Source: an uncultured virus (IMG/VR IMGVR_UViG_3300045284_000132)
Lineage: Duplodnaviria > Heunggongvirae > Uroviricota > Caudoviricetes
Strand: one strand, 5' to 3'
DNA length: 64,000 nt
Virus record (IMG/VR): IMGVR_UViG_3300045284_000132
The notes under the pieces were generated by a model. The model saw only the letters and a list, made by a program, of their open reading frames with translations, did no database searches and was not told the origin of the DNA. Positions within the stretch are counted from its first letter, which is position 1, and each line of letters begins with the position of its first letter. Below are positions 28,772 to 39,732 of this stretch, one piece after another. A program made the translations under genes and the position numbers.

Positions 28772-29077
28772 ATGACAAACGGAACAGTGCCGCCCGTCGA
28801 TCCGGTCTCGCTTCTTGTTGCTCAATTGCTTGCGCAATTCGGCGCTCTCAATGAAGCAATCGCGAGCGGCACTAGCTCCGTTTCCTATGACGGCAAGTCA
28901 GTCACCTATCGCACGCTCGCAGAATTATTCCGCGCGCGTGATGATCTGATGCAGCAACTTTACAAACTCGGCGCGCTGCCCGCGCCTCCGGGCAGAACAA
29001 CAGTTGCGGCCTACACTGACGGCATCGCGCCACGGGAAGTGTATTACGATCGCTATACTTGGAGACCATTTCGGTGA
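28772..29077 (+). CDS. gpW-like head-tail joining protein
   Basis: AIASGTSSVSYDGKSVTYRT; lies between terL and the portal. Confidence 0.8.
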   Translation: MTNGTVPPVDPVSLLVAQLLAQFGALNEAIASGTSSVSYDGKSVTYRTLAELFRARDDLMQQLYKLGALPAPPGRTTVAAYTDGIAPREVYYDRYTWRPFR

Positions 29078-30696
29078 ATTGGCTTGATCGGACGATTGGT
29101 TTTATCGATCCGGTCAAAGCAGCAAAACGTGCGGAAGCTCGCGCGCGCATTGCGCGGCTCGATCAAACAAAAGCGCTATACGATGCAGCGACGCTCAGTC
29201 GTCGCACACAAGGATGGCGCGCGATCGGAACGGATGCCAATTACGAAACACGCATCGGCACTGTTAGATTGCGCGACGCTGCGCGCGACATGGTGCGCAA
29301 TAACGCATTCGCAGCGCGAGCAAAGGGAACGCTGGCACACAACATCGTTGGCGCTGGCATCGTGCCGCGCGTGACGAATGCAGGAACGGAAAAGCGCACT
29401 GCTGATTTGACCGCGCTGGTCAAGGATCATTTGGAGAGCAGCGAAATTGATATTGAGCGACGGCAGAATCTGTACGGCATTCAAAATCTGGCAATGCAAT
29501 GCATCGTTGAATCTGGCGAAGTGCTGATCAGGAAACGCCCGCGTCGAATTCAAAACAGATTCGATCTGCCGTTTCAACTACAAGTCCTTGAGCCTGATTA
29601 TCTCGACACGTTCACGGATGGGGAATTAGCCAACGGCAATTTCTGTGTTCAAGGAGTCGAATTCAATTCGATCGGCGAGCGCGTCGCTTATTATTTGTAT
29701 GATCGTCATCCCGGTGGCTGGACTGGCTTAGGAAATCTGCGCGGCATTCGTGTTCCTGCATCGGTCGTGGCGCACGTGTACCGTGTCGATCGCCCCGGTC
29801 AGGTGCGCGGCGTTTCTTGGTTCGCGCCAGTGATGATGCGAATGCGCGACTTCGCCGACTACACCGACGCGCAACTGATGCGCCAAAAAATCGCGGCATG
29901 CTTCGCGGCATTCATCACAACGGTGGAAGGCTTCGTGCCAACGGCACCGGAGGGATTGGAGAAATCGCCAACAGGACTTGCGATCGAGCAGTTTGAACCG
30001 GGCATGATCAATCGCTTGCGTGAAGGAGAATCGATCAGCTTCGCGACGCCGCCGCTGACGACGGACTTCGGCGGATATTCGACAGTGACGCTGCGAGAAA
30101 TTGCGGCGGGTCTCAACATCACCTATGAAGCGCTGACAGGCGATTTAACAAACGTCAACTATTCGAGTGGTCGCATGGGCTGGCTCGAATATCAGCGATC
30201 GATCGACACGTGGCGTTGGAACATGCTGATGCCGATGATGATGGACCCGCTTGAAATATGGACGCGTGACGCAGTCGCAGTGATGACCGGATCAGAGCAA
30301 CCGTTCAACATCGAATGGACGCCGCCGCGCCGCGAGATGATCGATCCGTCAACAGAGATTGAAGCATCAGGACGATCGATCCGCCTTGGTTTGACATCGC
30401 GCAGCGAGGAAATTCGACGCAACGGTTACGATCCCTTGCAGACCTATCAGGAATTGGCGGCAGATGCGGCGATGGCAGACAAGCTCGGCCTAGTGCTCGA
30501 CAGCGATCCGCGTGTTGTGTCTGGTCGCGGCGTCGAACAGAAATCACTCGCTGCGACTGGCGATCCGGTCGGCGAGAATGAAGGCATCGCAAGCGTGCAG
30601 CCGGTCAAGGTGCCGAAACCGGGCGCTGGCGGCGGCGGCGGCGAAGCTGCACCGGTTAATGCGCGCAGACGAAACGGTCGCGCTGCTCCGGTGTAG
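29074..30696 (+). CDS. Portal protein, lambda family
   Basis: LRDAARDMVRNN, RPGQVRGVSWFAP, YEALTGDLTNVNYSSGR. Confidence 0.95.
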   Translation: MNWLDRTIGFIDPVKAAKRAEARARIARLDQTKALYDAATLSRRTQGWRAIGTDANYETRIGTVRLRDAARDMVRNNAFAARAKGTLAHNIVGAGIVPRVTNAGTEKRTADLTALVKDHLESSEIDIERRQNLYGIQNLAMQCIVESGEVLIRKRPRRIQNRFDLPFQLQVLEPDYLDTFTDGELANGNFCVQGVEFNSIGERVAYYLYDRHPGGWTGLGNLRGIRVPASVVAHVYRVDRPGQVRGVSWFAPVMMRMRDFADYTDAQLMRQKIAACFAAFITTVEGFVPTAPEGLEKSPTGLAIEQFEPGMINRLREGESISFATPPLTTDFGGYSTVTLREIAAGLNITYEALTGDLTNVNYSSGRMGWLEYQRSIDTWRWNMLMPMMMDPLEIWTRDAVAVMTGSEQPFNIEWTPPRREMIDPSTEIEASGRSIRLGLTSRSEEIRRNGYDPLQTYQELAADAAMADKLGLVLDSDPRVVSGRGVEQKSLAATGDPVGENEGIASVQPVKVPKPGAGGGGGEAAPVNARRRNGRAAPV

Positions 30697-30698
30697 CA

Positions 30699-32996
30699 GT
30701 GCGCTCGCAAATTCCTGAGTTAGAACCCGAAGACGACGAGGACGAGGAAGAATTTATCGAGCGCTGCATGGAAGCAGGGTTCGATGAGGACGAATGCCAA
30801 TTGTGGTGGGATGAAGGAGTTTATGCGATGGAAGGCACCCGATCACTAATCACGAACGGCGAACTAATCCTTTATGGCGTGATTGATCCCGAATCGTGGT
30901 TCGAGGATAGCGTGCGCGCGATCGATGTGCTCGACAGCATCGCGACTCTGCCAGTGGGGTCGCCAGTTGTTGCTCGCATCAATTCTCCCGGTGGCTCGCT
31001 TGAGGAAGGGATTGCGATCTACAATCTCCTGCGTGCCTCGCAGCGTCGGATCGAGATTGTGATTGATGCAATGGCTGCATCGGCAGCGAGCATCGTTGCG
31101 ATGGCTGGCGATAGCATCAAGATGATGCAGGGCTCAACGATGATGTTGCACGATCCGTGGGCGATGGTGGTCGGCAACGCGGATGATCTGCGATCGTCAG
31201 CCGAAATAATCGACATGCAACGCGATCAGATGATCGACATCTATTCGAAGCGATCAGGTTTGAGTCGGGATGAAATCGGGCAAATGATGAAGGCCGAAAC
31301 CTATCTAACAGCACAACAGGCAAAAGCCAAAGGTTTCGCAGACTTGATTGATGAAGCACCTATGCGCGTCGCGGCTTGCGCGAAGCTCGATGCGGCCTCA
31401 ATGGCAAAGTTACTTCGCGCAAAACCGACTATTGCGGCCCCCGCCGCGCAAACCCGGAGTTACATCATGAATAGGACGCCTGAAAACGGCGGGACGCCCG
31501 CCGTTCCTACTCCTTCCCCACTGACACCAGAGCAGATCGAGGCCGCGCGAGCAATCTTTACGCAAGCGGCGGCAAACCCCAACCAGCCGACGCCGCAGCC
31601 GGAGCCGAAGCCGCAGCCCTCGCCGCCGCATCAGCCGCCGCATCAGCCGCAACCGGAGCCGAAGCCGGGAACGATAGTCGATATTCAAGCGGCAACACGC
31701 GATGCCATCGCGGCGGAACGTGGTCGCGTCGCCGGAATCACTCAGCACGTTCGAGCGGCCAAGCTGCCGCCTGAGTTTGCCGAGGAATTGGTCAATTCCG
31801 GCATCAGTCTCGATGATGCGCGCGACAAGATTTATGCGCGCTGGAATGAAATCCACACCGCGCCGACGCATCAAGAGAATCCCCCGATTAACGGGATCAA
31901 TGCGATCATCACCGTCGATCAACTCGACAAATGGATCGACGGAGTCAGCAAAGGACTCATGGCCCGTGCCAACATGAAGGGCGGCGAGCGCAACGAATTC
32001 AGCGGATTGACGCTGAGCGAGTTGGCGCGATCCTCTCTGCAATTGCGCGGCGTCAAAAGCGGCGCGATGGATCGCATGACAATGATCGGCGCGGCGTTCA
32101 CGGTGCGCGCTGAAGGACCCGGTTATCATTCCACCAGCGACTTCGGGAACATTCTCGGCAACGTCGCGCATCGTGCGATGATGATCGGCTATGAGGAAGT
32201 CGAGGAAACATTCCCGCTGTGGACCGGCAAGGGCACGGCGACAGACTTCCGCCCGATCGCTCGCATCGATCTTGGCTTGTTCCCCGGTCTCGATAAGGTC
32301 GAGGAAGGCGGCGAGTACAAGTACGGGACGATCGCTGACACAGGAACATCGGTGCAGATCGCCACCTACGGCAAAATGTTTGCCATTACTCGACAGGCGA
32401 TCGTCAATGATGATCTTGGTTTCTTTAATCGCGTGCCACGCAAGATGGGGCGCGGTGCCAAGCGCACGATCGGCAATCTCGTTTATGCGATCATCAACGG
32501 CAATCCGGTGATGCAGGACGGCGTTGCTTTGTTTGCTACAGCGCACGGCAATCTCGCTCCGACGCCTGCCGTTCCTTCAGTGACATCAGTCGGTGCCGCG
32601 CGTGCAGCGATGGCACGTCAGACTGACGAGGCAGGAATCGGTACTGCGATCGGTGTCTCGCCGAAGTTTGCGCTGACGCCGCCTGAATACGCGATGGTCA
32701 TGAACACTGTCATGACATCAGAGCGCATCCCCGGTGACGCCGGTCAGATCAGCAACCCGGTGCGTGGCGTCGCGACGCCGATTTATGATACCCGGCTCAA
32801 CGGCACTGCTTGGTATCTGATTTCTGATCCGCAGCAGGTTGACACGGTCGAGGTAACTTATCTTGACGGCGTCGAAACGCCATTCATGGATCAGCGTGAA
32901 GGCTGGAATGTTGATGGTGCGGAATTCAAAGTCCGCATTGATGCTGGCGTGAAGGCGTTGCACTGGCGCGGACTCTACAAGAACGCTGGCGCTTAG
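30699..32996 (+). CDS. ClpP-like (S14) prohead protease, scaffold and major capsid fusion
   Basis: INSPGG, AASAAS, MLHDPW, ETYLTA; P/Q-rich linker; HSTSDF...TYGKMFAITRQAIVNDDL...YLDGVETP. Confidence 0.93.
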   Translation: MRSQIPELEPEDDEDEEEFIERCMEAGFDEDECQLWWDEGVYAMEGTRSLITNGELILYGVIDPESWFEDSVRAIDVLDSIATLPVGSPVVARINSPGGSLEEGIAIYNLLRASQRRIEIVIDAMAASAASIVAMAGDSIKMMQGSTMMLHDPWAMVVGNADDLRSSAEIIDMQRDQMIDIYSKRSGLSRDEIGQMMKAETYLTAQQAKAKGFADLIDEAPMRVAACAKLDAASMAKLLRAKPTIAAPAAQTRSYIMNRTPENGGTPAVPTPSPLTPEQIEAARAIFTQAAANPNQPTPQPEPKPQPSPPHQPPHQPQPEPKPGTIVDIQAATRDAIAAERGRVAGITQHVRAAKLPPEFAEELVNSGISLDDARDKIYARWNEIHTAPTHQENPPINGINAIITVDQLDKWIDGVSKGLMARANMKGGERNEFSGLTLSELARSSLQLRGVKSGAMDRMTMIGAAFTVRAEGPGYHSTSDFGNILGNVAHRAMMIGYEEVEETFPLWTGKGTATDFRPIARIDLGLFPGLDKVEEGGEYKYGTIADTGTSVQIATYGKMFAITRQAIVNDDLGFFNRVPRKMGRGAKRTIGNLVYAIINGNPVMQDGVALFATAHGNLAPTPAVPSVTSVGAARAAMARQTDEAGIGTAIGVSPKFALTPPEYAMVMNTVMTSERIPGDAGQISNPVRGVATPIYDTRLNGTAWYLISDPQQVDTVEVTYLDGVETPFMDQREGWNVDGAEFKVRIDAGVKALHWRGLYKNAGA

Positions 32997-33062
32997 TAAC
33001 AAATCGGGATTTACAACAACTGTTGTAAAAGTCAAAACTGGTTCTAATAGAGGATCGAGCAG

Positions 33063-33392
33063 ATGAAAAACTATATCGAACCCGGTGACACGATCACCGT
33101 TGCGGCTCCTGCTGCAGTTACCAGCGGCGATCTTGTTATCGTCGGCAAGCTGATCGGCGTTGCTACCGTCACGGCAGCAATCGGTGCGCCCGTTGCGATC
33201 AAAACAACGGGCGTGTTTGAGTTTCCGAAAGTCAGCGCGGAAGCGTGGACGGTCGGTGCTCCGATCAATTGGCTGGTCGGCACGAAGCAAGCGACGATCG
33301 GCGCTGGCGCGCTGATCGGAGTTGCTTCAGAACCTGCCGCGAATCCATCTTCGGTCGGACGCGTGCGACTCAACCCAGCCGGAACACCTTGA
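33063..33392 (+). CDS. DUF2190-type capsid cement/decoration protein
   Basis: MKNYIEPGDTITVAAP...GVFEFPK. Confidence 0.85.
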   Translation: MKNYIEPGDTITVAAPAAVTSGDLVIVGKLIGVATVTAAIGAPVAIKTTGVFEFPKVSAEAWTVGAPINWLVGTKQATIGAGALIGVASEPAANPSSVGRVRLNPAGTP

Positions 33393-33396
33393 TCCT

Positions 33397-33753
33397 GTGG
33401 CGATCAACTTCAGCGACACGGCAATACGCGCGGGGATGATGGCGTTCGCGCGTCCAATCACCATCATCCCGCGTATCTCACAACCATCGCAGCCGCCGTA
33501 TCGCGTGCGCGCCATACTGAAATCGCGCGCATCTGATTTCCAGCTTGATCAAGGCGCGATCTATTCGGATCAGGAAACGACATTCGACATTCGAGCCATC
33601 GAAGTGAGCGTGCCGCCGATGGAGGATGACCAGATTGTTGTTGATGCTGCCGATTGGCGCGGCGATCAAATCGAGCCCGGTGTCTATCGCATTTCGGATA
33701 CCGATCTTGATCGACAGGGCGCGATCGTGCTCACGATTCGCAAGCTCGAATAA
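33397..33753 (+). CDS. Head-tail joining protein (FII-like)
   Basis: Position and size. Confidence 0.6.
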   Translation: MAINFSDTAIRAGMMAFARPITIIPRISQPSQPPYRVRAILKSRASDFQLDQGAIYSDQETTFDIRAIEVSVPPMEDDQIVVDAADWRGDQIEPGVYRISDTDLDRQGAIVLTIRKLE

Positions 33754-33764
33754 CTGAGGCATTC

Positions 33765-34400
33765 ATGCCAGCCGAATGCAAAAAGCTATTCGATGAGGTA
33801 TGGATGCGCGTGCAGGCAATTCCGACGATCAAGACATTGTCTCAGAGTGGAATGTATCAAGTCAGTGTTGAACATCTGCCGCGCATGATGATGACGGCAG
33901 AGACTGACATGCCAGCGCTCGGCGATCCGACAGCGGGCGTGCCCAAGTACGAACCTACAATGACGTTTTATTTTTCGCTGGTGATTGTAGGCAACGAGGA
34001 AACCGCAAATTTAGTCGAGTTGTACGCGACGATGGATATGGTCGAAGACGTGTTGTTTAAGGACCCGAATTTTACCAGACAAGTGCGCGGCTTTCCGAAC
34101 ATGCGCAGACAAAATCCGAATTTCTCATCAGTGCTCGAAACGAATGTTTGTGAGATGCGTCAATCGATTTCCTTCATGCTGCGTGACAAAATGTATATCC
34201 CGGATATTCCTGATTATTTCAAGACACTGAGCGTCACCGCGAAACCTGCGCCGCAAGTGCCGGGTGAAGGAAAGCCGCTTCCGCCGACGATCTATCGGCA
34301 ATGGGAAATGTTTGGTGGCGCAGTTGGCGCGATGCGCGTGATCGAGCCATCTGACAGCGTCAGCATATCCGGCAACGTCACAACAACAAGGAAATCGTGA
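33765..34400 (+). CDS. Putative tail terminator/completion protein
   Basis: Position before the sheath module. Confidence 0.5.
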   Translation: MPAECKKLFDEVWMRVQAIPTIKTLSQSGMYQVSVEHLPRMMMTAETDMPALGDPTAGVPKYEPTMTFYFSLVIVGNEETANLVELYATMDMVEDVLFKDPNFTRQVRGFPNMRRQNPNFSSVLETNVCEMRQSISFMLRDKMYIPDIPDYFKTLSVTAKPAPQVPGEGKPLPPTIYRQWEMFGGAVGAMRVIEPSDSVSISGNVTTTRKS

Positions 34401-34774
34401 TGGCTAGTTATGCGCCAGCGCTGAAGTCGGCGCGCATGCAGGCTGTCATCAAGGCGATCGATGCCAATCTCGAACCGGCGTTTATGGAAATCGGCACCGC
34501 AGGCTTGGCGGTCATGATGATCACGATCACGCTTTCTGATCCGTCATTCACGGAGGCGAATGGCGTGATCGCAATGAACGACATGCCGAAGTGGGGCACG
34601 GCTATGGTGGCTGGCAAACTGATTGAGGCACGCATCAGAGACGGCGGCGGCAATGTCGTCATCAGCGGTCTAACAGTCGGACTTTCTGATGCTGACATCA
34701 TTCTCGATTTCGTTGATGTTGCTGAAGGTCAAACCGTCACGCTGTCACAAGCGAGCATCGAGCATTCACCTTGA
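34397..34774 (+). CDS. Hypothetical virion protein
   Basis: Coupled ORF in the structural operon. Confidence 0.6.
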   Translation: MMASYAPALKSARMQAVIKAIDANLEPAFMEIGTAGLAVMMITITLSDPSFTEANGVIAMNDMPKWGTAMVAGKLIEARIRDGGGNVVISGLTVGLSDADIILDFVDVAEGQTVTLSQASIEHSP

Positions 34775-34789
34775 ACAAGGAGCAGATAC

Positions 34790-35092
34790 ATGACGACGCC
34801 CATGCGAATGATTCGGCCCACTCTCAAAGTCATGCCGAATGACAGTCATCCGAAATTGCAAGCCGATCCTGAAGGCTCGGCGCACATGACGGGAGAAAAG
34901 TTGCGCAAGTGGTTGAAGCATCCCACCGCTGGCGGATTCCCGCCCGAGGGACCGGCAGTGTGGCCGCGCGATGGCTTCACGTTCGCTCGCATTCGGGACG
35001 GCGACGTGGTCGTTGTAGAAGGCGATGTGAGCAAACCGGGACCTCAAGTTAAAACAGCTACTCCACAGGCACAGAATACCAGAACAGAATAG
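34790..35092 (+). CDS. Small pre-sheath protein (DUF2635-like)
   Basis: WPRDGFTFARIRDGDVV; directly upstream of the sheath gene. Confidence 0.65.
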   Translation: MTTPMRMIRPTLKVMPNDSHPKLQADPEGSAHMTGEKLRKWLKHPTAGGFPPEGPAVWPRDGFTFARIRDGDVVVVEGDVSKPGPQVKTATPQAQNTRTE

Positions 35093-35139
35093 GCACCCGA
35101 ATAGATCGATCAGCAACCTAATCAGCAGGAGCAACTACA

Positions 35140-36678
35140 ATGCCGATAAGCATGGACATCCCCGTTTCGTGGCGCATGCCGCTTTTTTGGTTGCAAGTCG
35201 ATCCTTCGATGGCAGGGCTCGGCGTTCCGCAACTAGTGGCGCTTATGGTCGGGCACAAGTTGGACACAGGCTCAGCACCAGACAATGTGCCAGTGCCGAT
35301 CGGCTCGAAAGCGCAGGCGACTGCCGCGTTTGGTGCAGGCTCGATGCTCGAAGCAATGTTCAACAAATTCTTCGACAACAACTTCAGCACGCTTGTGTGG
35401 GGATTGCCGATTCCTAGTCCCGCTGCAGGAACGCCCGCGCACGGCACGATCACCGTTGCGACGGCTGCAACTGATGCCGGGTCGTTGTACGTCTACATCG
35501 CGGGGCAAAAAGTCGGCGTGCGCGTGCACGCTGGCGATGCGGTAGATGTCATCGCGACCAATCTGGCGACGCAGATCAATGCCATTCCATCAATGCCGGT
35601 GGATGCTGTTGCTGCTACAGGAGTCGTCACACTGACATGCAAATGGGATGGCATCACCGGCAACGACATCGACATGCGCGACAACTATCTCGGCACGCGC
35701 GGCGGCGAAAAGCTCCCACCCGGTGTCACGCTGACGTATTCCAATCCGAACGCGCCATCGAGTCTCGGCGGCAAGCTCGGCAGCGGCAGCGGTGTTCCTG
35801 ATTGCACAACGGCAATCGCCAATCTCGGCGAAGCGAATTTCGAATATGTCGCGCTGCCCTTTACCGACACGAACACGATGCTCGATTGGAATTTTGAGTA
35901 CGGGTTTGAGGACGGTCGGTGGTCGTGGCTGCGTGAGCAATACGGCATGTGCTTCCAAGCGCGGCGCGCAACTTATGCCGATCACATCATTTGGGCACAG
36001 GACAACAACTTCCCGGTCCTATCAGTGATGGCAGTCGAAGTTGATACGCCGTCGCCGGTGTGGGAATGGTCGGCGGCGTACTGTTCGATGGGCGCTCGCG
36101 CGTTCAATGCCGATCCTGCGCGCCCGCTGCAGACTCTTGGGCTGCAGAAAATCTGGCCTGCTCCGTTGCACACTCGTTTCTCGATAACGGAGAACAACAA
36201 TATGTGGGGACTTGCTCGACAGAGAGTCGGATCACAACAGGTGCCGATCATCCTTCGAGAATCCACCACCTATCAATTCAATGAGTACGGTGTTCCTGAT
36301 GATGCCTATGAGGTTTTGACCACGCTCGCAACGTTGGCGCGATTGTTCCGCGATTTGAAAGCGGACATCACCACGAAATTCCCGCGTCATAAACTTTGCG
36401 ATGATGACACGCGGCTGGGACCGGGGCAGGCAGCAGTAAGTCCGAAGATCATCAAGGCGGAAATTATCGCGTACTACGAATACGAGGAATATTTGGGACT
36501 CTGCGAAAACTCGCGCGAGTTTAAGCGACATCTGATAGTCGAGCGCAACGTTCAGGACCCAAACCGGCTTGATGTGTTATTCCCTCCTGACATCATCAAT
36601 CAGTTACGTGTGATGGCAGTGCTCGGACAATTCCGACTCCAGTATGATAGATCAATCGACTCGTTAGTCGCTGCCTGA
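35140..36678 (+). CDS. Tail sheath protein (Mu gpL-like)
   Basis: FGAGSML, DPARPLQTL, FPRHKL, VERNVQDPNRLDVLFPPDIINQLRV. Confidence 0.95.
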   Translation: MPISMDIPVSWRMPLFWLQVDPSMAGLGVPQLVALMVGHKLDTGSAPDNVPVPIGSKAQATAAFGAGSMLEAMFNKFFDNNFSTLVWGLPIPSPAAGTPAHGTITVATAATDAGSLYVYIAGQKVGVRVHAGDAVDVIATNLATQINAIPSMPVDAVAATGVVTLTCKWDGITGNDIDMRDNYLGTRGGEKLPPGVTLTYSNPNAPSSLGGKLGSGSGVPDCTTAIANLGEANFEYVALPFTDTNTMLDWNFEYGFEDGRWSWLREQYGMCFQARRATYADHIIWAQDNNFPVLSVMAVEVDTPSPVWEWSAAYCSMGARAFNADPARPLQTLGLQKIWPAPLHTRFSITENNNMWGLARQRVGSQQVPIILRESTTYQFNEYGVPDDAYEVLTTLATLARLFRDLKADITTKFPRHKLCDDDTRLGPGQAAVSPKIIKAEIIAYYEYEEYLGLCENSREFKRHLIVERNVQDPNRLDVLFPPDIINQLRVMAVLGQFRLQYDRSIDSLVAA

Positions 36679-36726
36679 TCTATCAACAACAACACTCAAC
36701 TTCACGCATCAGAATAGGAGAGTACA

Positions 36727-37086
36727 ATGACAGCTATCGCTGGCACTGCGTTCCTTTTCACGAACGGAGCGCCCATTGCCTTGCGCGGCAATCTAACAGT
36801 CTCGCCGAGTCGTGTAGAAAGAACCGGCCTCGCGGGACAAGATCGCGTCCACGGCTATCAGGAATTGCCGACAATTCCCTACATCGAAGCCGACATTAGT
36901 TTGGACCCAACAATCAATTGGGAGGATGTCGAGCTTGTCACTGACGCAACTATCCAAGCTGATCTGATCAACGGGCACTCGTATGTGCTGCGCAATGCTT
37001 GGAAGGCGGGGCGCATCGAGATGAACACAAGGGAGGGTTTCGCGCGCTGCAGATGGGAAGGAATGAATTGCAGCGAGATGCAGTAA
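36727..37086 (+). CDS. Tail tube protein (Mu gpM-like)
   Basis: IAGTAF, GQDRVHGYQE, LINGHSYVL. Confidence 0.88.
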   Translation: MTAIAGTAFLFTNGAPIALRGNLTVSPSRVERTGLAGQDRVHGYQELPTIPYIEADISLDPTINWEDVELVTDATIQADLINGHSYVLRNAWKAGRIEMNTREGFARCRWEGMNCSEMQ

Positions 37087-37108
37087 CTGACAACAACAAA
37101 TCGGGACA

Positions 37109-37558
37109 ATGGTTCACGCTATGAATGAACAAGTAACACCGCGCACCGCTGCGGCAACTGCTGCAGCGGTAGAGACGCCGACGCCGCGCGAAGCGAGTGC
37201 GCCGACGCCTGTCATGCAGGAGCCGGAACAAGAGCGTCCTGTTGATGATCTGCCAAAAGAAATCAAGGTGTCATTGCGCACGCCGTTTTCGACGCACTTC
37301 GGCCCGAACACCGACACGTTGACATTTCGCGAACCGATGGCATTGGACATCGATGCTGTTGGCAATCCCGTCAGCAATGATTTCAGTCGTGGCTGGCCCC
37401 CGTTGCCAATTGTTGATTCCAAAAAAATGACATTGATGATGGCGCGTCTCGCCAACATTAGTCCGAACGATATTGTAAAAAAGATGACCGCGCGCGACTG
37501 GTCAACGTGCAGCTTGGCGGTGCAAATTTTTTTTCTGCCGGACGTGGGCAGGTTCTAA
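37109..37558 (+). CDS. Tail assembly chaperone
   Basis: LTFREP, KMTARDW; lies between the tube and tape measure genes. Confidence 0.8.
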   Translation: MVHAMNEQVTPRTAAATAAAVETPTPREASAPTPVMQEPEQERPVDDLPKEIKVSLRTPFSTHFGPNTDTLTFREPMALDIDAVGNPVSNDFSRGWPPLPIVDSKKMTLMMARLANISPNDIVKKMTARDWSTCSLAVQIFFLPDVGRF

Positions 37559-37707
37559 TCCTGAATTGCTACAGATTGGCGAAATACTACAGTGTTTCGC
37601 CTGACGTGTTTCTCAAAAAACCCATCAGTGATTTGATGCGCGATGTTTATTACACCAATCGATTGATTGAGGAAGTGAACGACTCACAGGAACGGCGGAA
37701 CAAATAG
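37527..37707 (+). CDS. -1 frameshift extension of the tail assembly chaperone (G/GT type)
   Basis: T8 run at 37527-37534; the -1 frame is open to 37707 and has no good start of its own. Confidence 0.7.
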
Positions 37708-39732
37708 ATGCCCGATCAAGCAACATTGCAAATGATTGCAAGACTGGTTGATGAAACCAGCGGGCCATTAAAAAATATCTCGCGGGCGTTTGCGGATTTC
37801 AAACACGGGGCAGACCCGGAGAAAACGACATCACAGTTTAAGGGATTGAGTGGCGCGATCGGCAGCGTCGGATCACAAATCAATCAGGTCGCAGCGCCCG
37901 CATTGGCATCGTTGGGAATAAGGGCGGGCATCAGCGCAGCATCAATAATCGGATTGACGAAAGTCGCGGCGGATTACGCGCGCACGGTGAGCGATCTGCG
38001 AGGTAGCGCGCAGATCATGAACATGACGACGGCTTCAACAATTCAATTGGATCGCGCCGCGCGCGCGACCGGCATTCAGGGCGGCGCGAAAGCGTTCGAG
38101 GGGATGTCCACCGAGTTGTTGAAGCTCAAAGACAATATTGCTGGCGTGCACGAAGAATATAATCAGCTAGACCCGTCAGGGAGTCTGTACGCCAAACTGT
38201 TCCCGCATGCGCTGCGCAATGATACGGAAGGAGCGATCAAGGAAATAACCAAATGGATTGATGACCTGCAAAAGAAAGGTGAGTATGCGCGCGCTGAAAT
38301 AGCGGCGCAGCGATTTTTCCCGGGAGCCACAGCAAAGCAAGTGGTCGAAACCGCAAAGCTGCGACAAGAAACGCCGCTACCGGGACCGGACGAGATAGCG
38401 CAGGCGGAAAAGCTCAATGAGACGATGCAGAAGTTTTGGACGACTTGGGACAGATTTTACTCACAGACGATGACCAAGTTGATTCCCGGCATCGATGAAA
38501 TGATGAAGGGGATGACTGCTGGTTTTCAAAAAATGCCGGAATATGCTGATCGTTTTCTCAACTCTCCAGCGGGCAAATTATTGCAAAAATTGTTAGAGCG
38601 ACCACCGGAGCCGGACGTGACTCCTGAAGGTGGGCTGAAGCCACCACCAGAGATTGATCCTAAAACCGGTTTGGACAAACTAGGTCGAGATCAAGCTGCG
38701 CGTGATGCCGCAGGCGGATTGATACCACAAGCAATTCGGAAAGCTCAGGAAGCTGTGGATGTAGCAACTACTGGTGAGGTTAAGCCGAGGACAGCAACGC
38801 ACGACATTTATGTACCTGTTGAAAAAATTTGGCAAGGTGAGACAGATAAGGAAGAAAGGGATAGACTTCTTGCTCAAGGCGCAGATTTGAGTATGCCGGG
38901 GTATCCAGTGGCGCCAGCCCCACCGCCAGATTGGTACGATCTACTTGATCCAAATAAACCTGCGCCGAAGGCTTCGCCTTACGAACCGACTGAAGATTTA
39001 ACTATTCCTGATATTGGAAATCTTCTCAAGCCGCCGCCGTCTAAACCAAAAGACACCCGCGATTATTCCGCGACGGGTGAAACACCGCCAGCGTGGTGGG
39101 CTACTCCGTTCAGATCGGCACCGCCGCCCGTGGCCGAGGCTCCCGCGAGCGGCGACGATGTCAAGGAAGGCGCGAAACAGGGCATCATTGATGGTTTGAT
39201 AGAATTATATCAGCGTGAGCCCAAAGCGACGGACGATGCACTCAAGAAAATGAGTCTGACTGAGTCGACTGCTGCTGACGGCAGCCAAAAGCCGATACAG
39301 CGCGCCGTCGAAACGTTCGCATCTGCTGAGAGCAAACCCGAATTGCAACAGGATAGCAAGGCTGGCGATCTAGGGCGACGATTACAGCAAAGCGCAATCG
39401 ATCTGCAACAAGTCAGTTTGCGGGAATCGCCCAGCGATGCGATGCGCCAATTGCAAGGTCGAGCATTTGTCGATCAGCGTCGCGAGGATCAGGCACTCAG
39501 GGATCGATTGCTGCAGCCGCCGCAGTTATTGCCCGGTGTCGATCAGATCACCGCCGCGCTTGCCAATCAGAAAGTCGAGGGATCAGCAACTCTGAAGGTT
39601 GACATCGCAGCGCCGCCCGGAACGCGAACCGATCTGCGTGTTGCTGGACTGTTCAATGAAACCGAAATAAATCGTCGTCGTGCGTTCCAGATGGAAAAGA
39701 CTGCCACCAATGATGGGTTCGAGTTAGGCTGA
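37708..39732 (+). CDS. Tape measure protein
   Basis: ARLVDETSGPLKNI N-terminus, Ala/Gly-rich helical composition, position. Confidence 0.8.
   Translation: MPDQATLQMIARLVDETSGPLKNISRAFADFKHGADPEKTTSQFKGLSGAIGSVGSQINQVAAPALASLGIRAGISAASIIGLTKVAADYARTVSDLRGSAQIMNMTTASTIQLDRAARATGIQGGAKAFEGMSTELLKLKDNIAGVHEEYNQLDPSGSLYAKLFPHALRNDTEGAIKEITKWIDDLQKKGEYARAEIAAQRFFPGATAKQVVETAKLRQETPLPGPDEIAQAEKLNETMQKFWTTWDRFYSQTMTKLIPGIDEMMKGMTAGFQKMPEYADRFLNSPAGKLLQKLLERPPEPDVTPEGGLKPPPEIDPKTGLDKLGRDQAARDAAGGLIPQAIRKAQEAVDVATTGEVKPRTATHDIYVPVEKIWQGETDKEERDRLLAQGADLSMPGYPVAPAPPPDWYDLLDPNKPAPKASPYEPTEDLTIPDIGNLLKPPPSKPKDTRDYSATGETPPAWWATPFRSAPPPVAEAPASGDDVKEGAKQGIIDGLIELYQREPKATDDALKKMSLTESTAADGSQKPIQRAVETFASAESKPELQQDSKAGDLGRRLQQSAIDLQQVSLRESPSDAMRQLQGRAFVDQRREDQALRDRLLQPPQLLPGVDQITAALANQKVEGSATLKVDIAAPPGTRTDLRVAGLFNETEINRRRAFQMEKTATNDGFELG

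Noticed and set aside
31410..32546. 378-aa minus-strand ORF and similar long antisense ORFs (2770-3543, 27983-28837)
   Set aside because: Antisense shadows of well-supported genes in GC-rich DNA.
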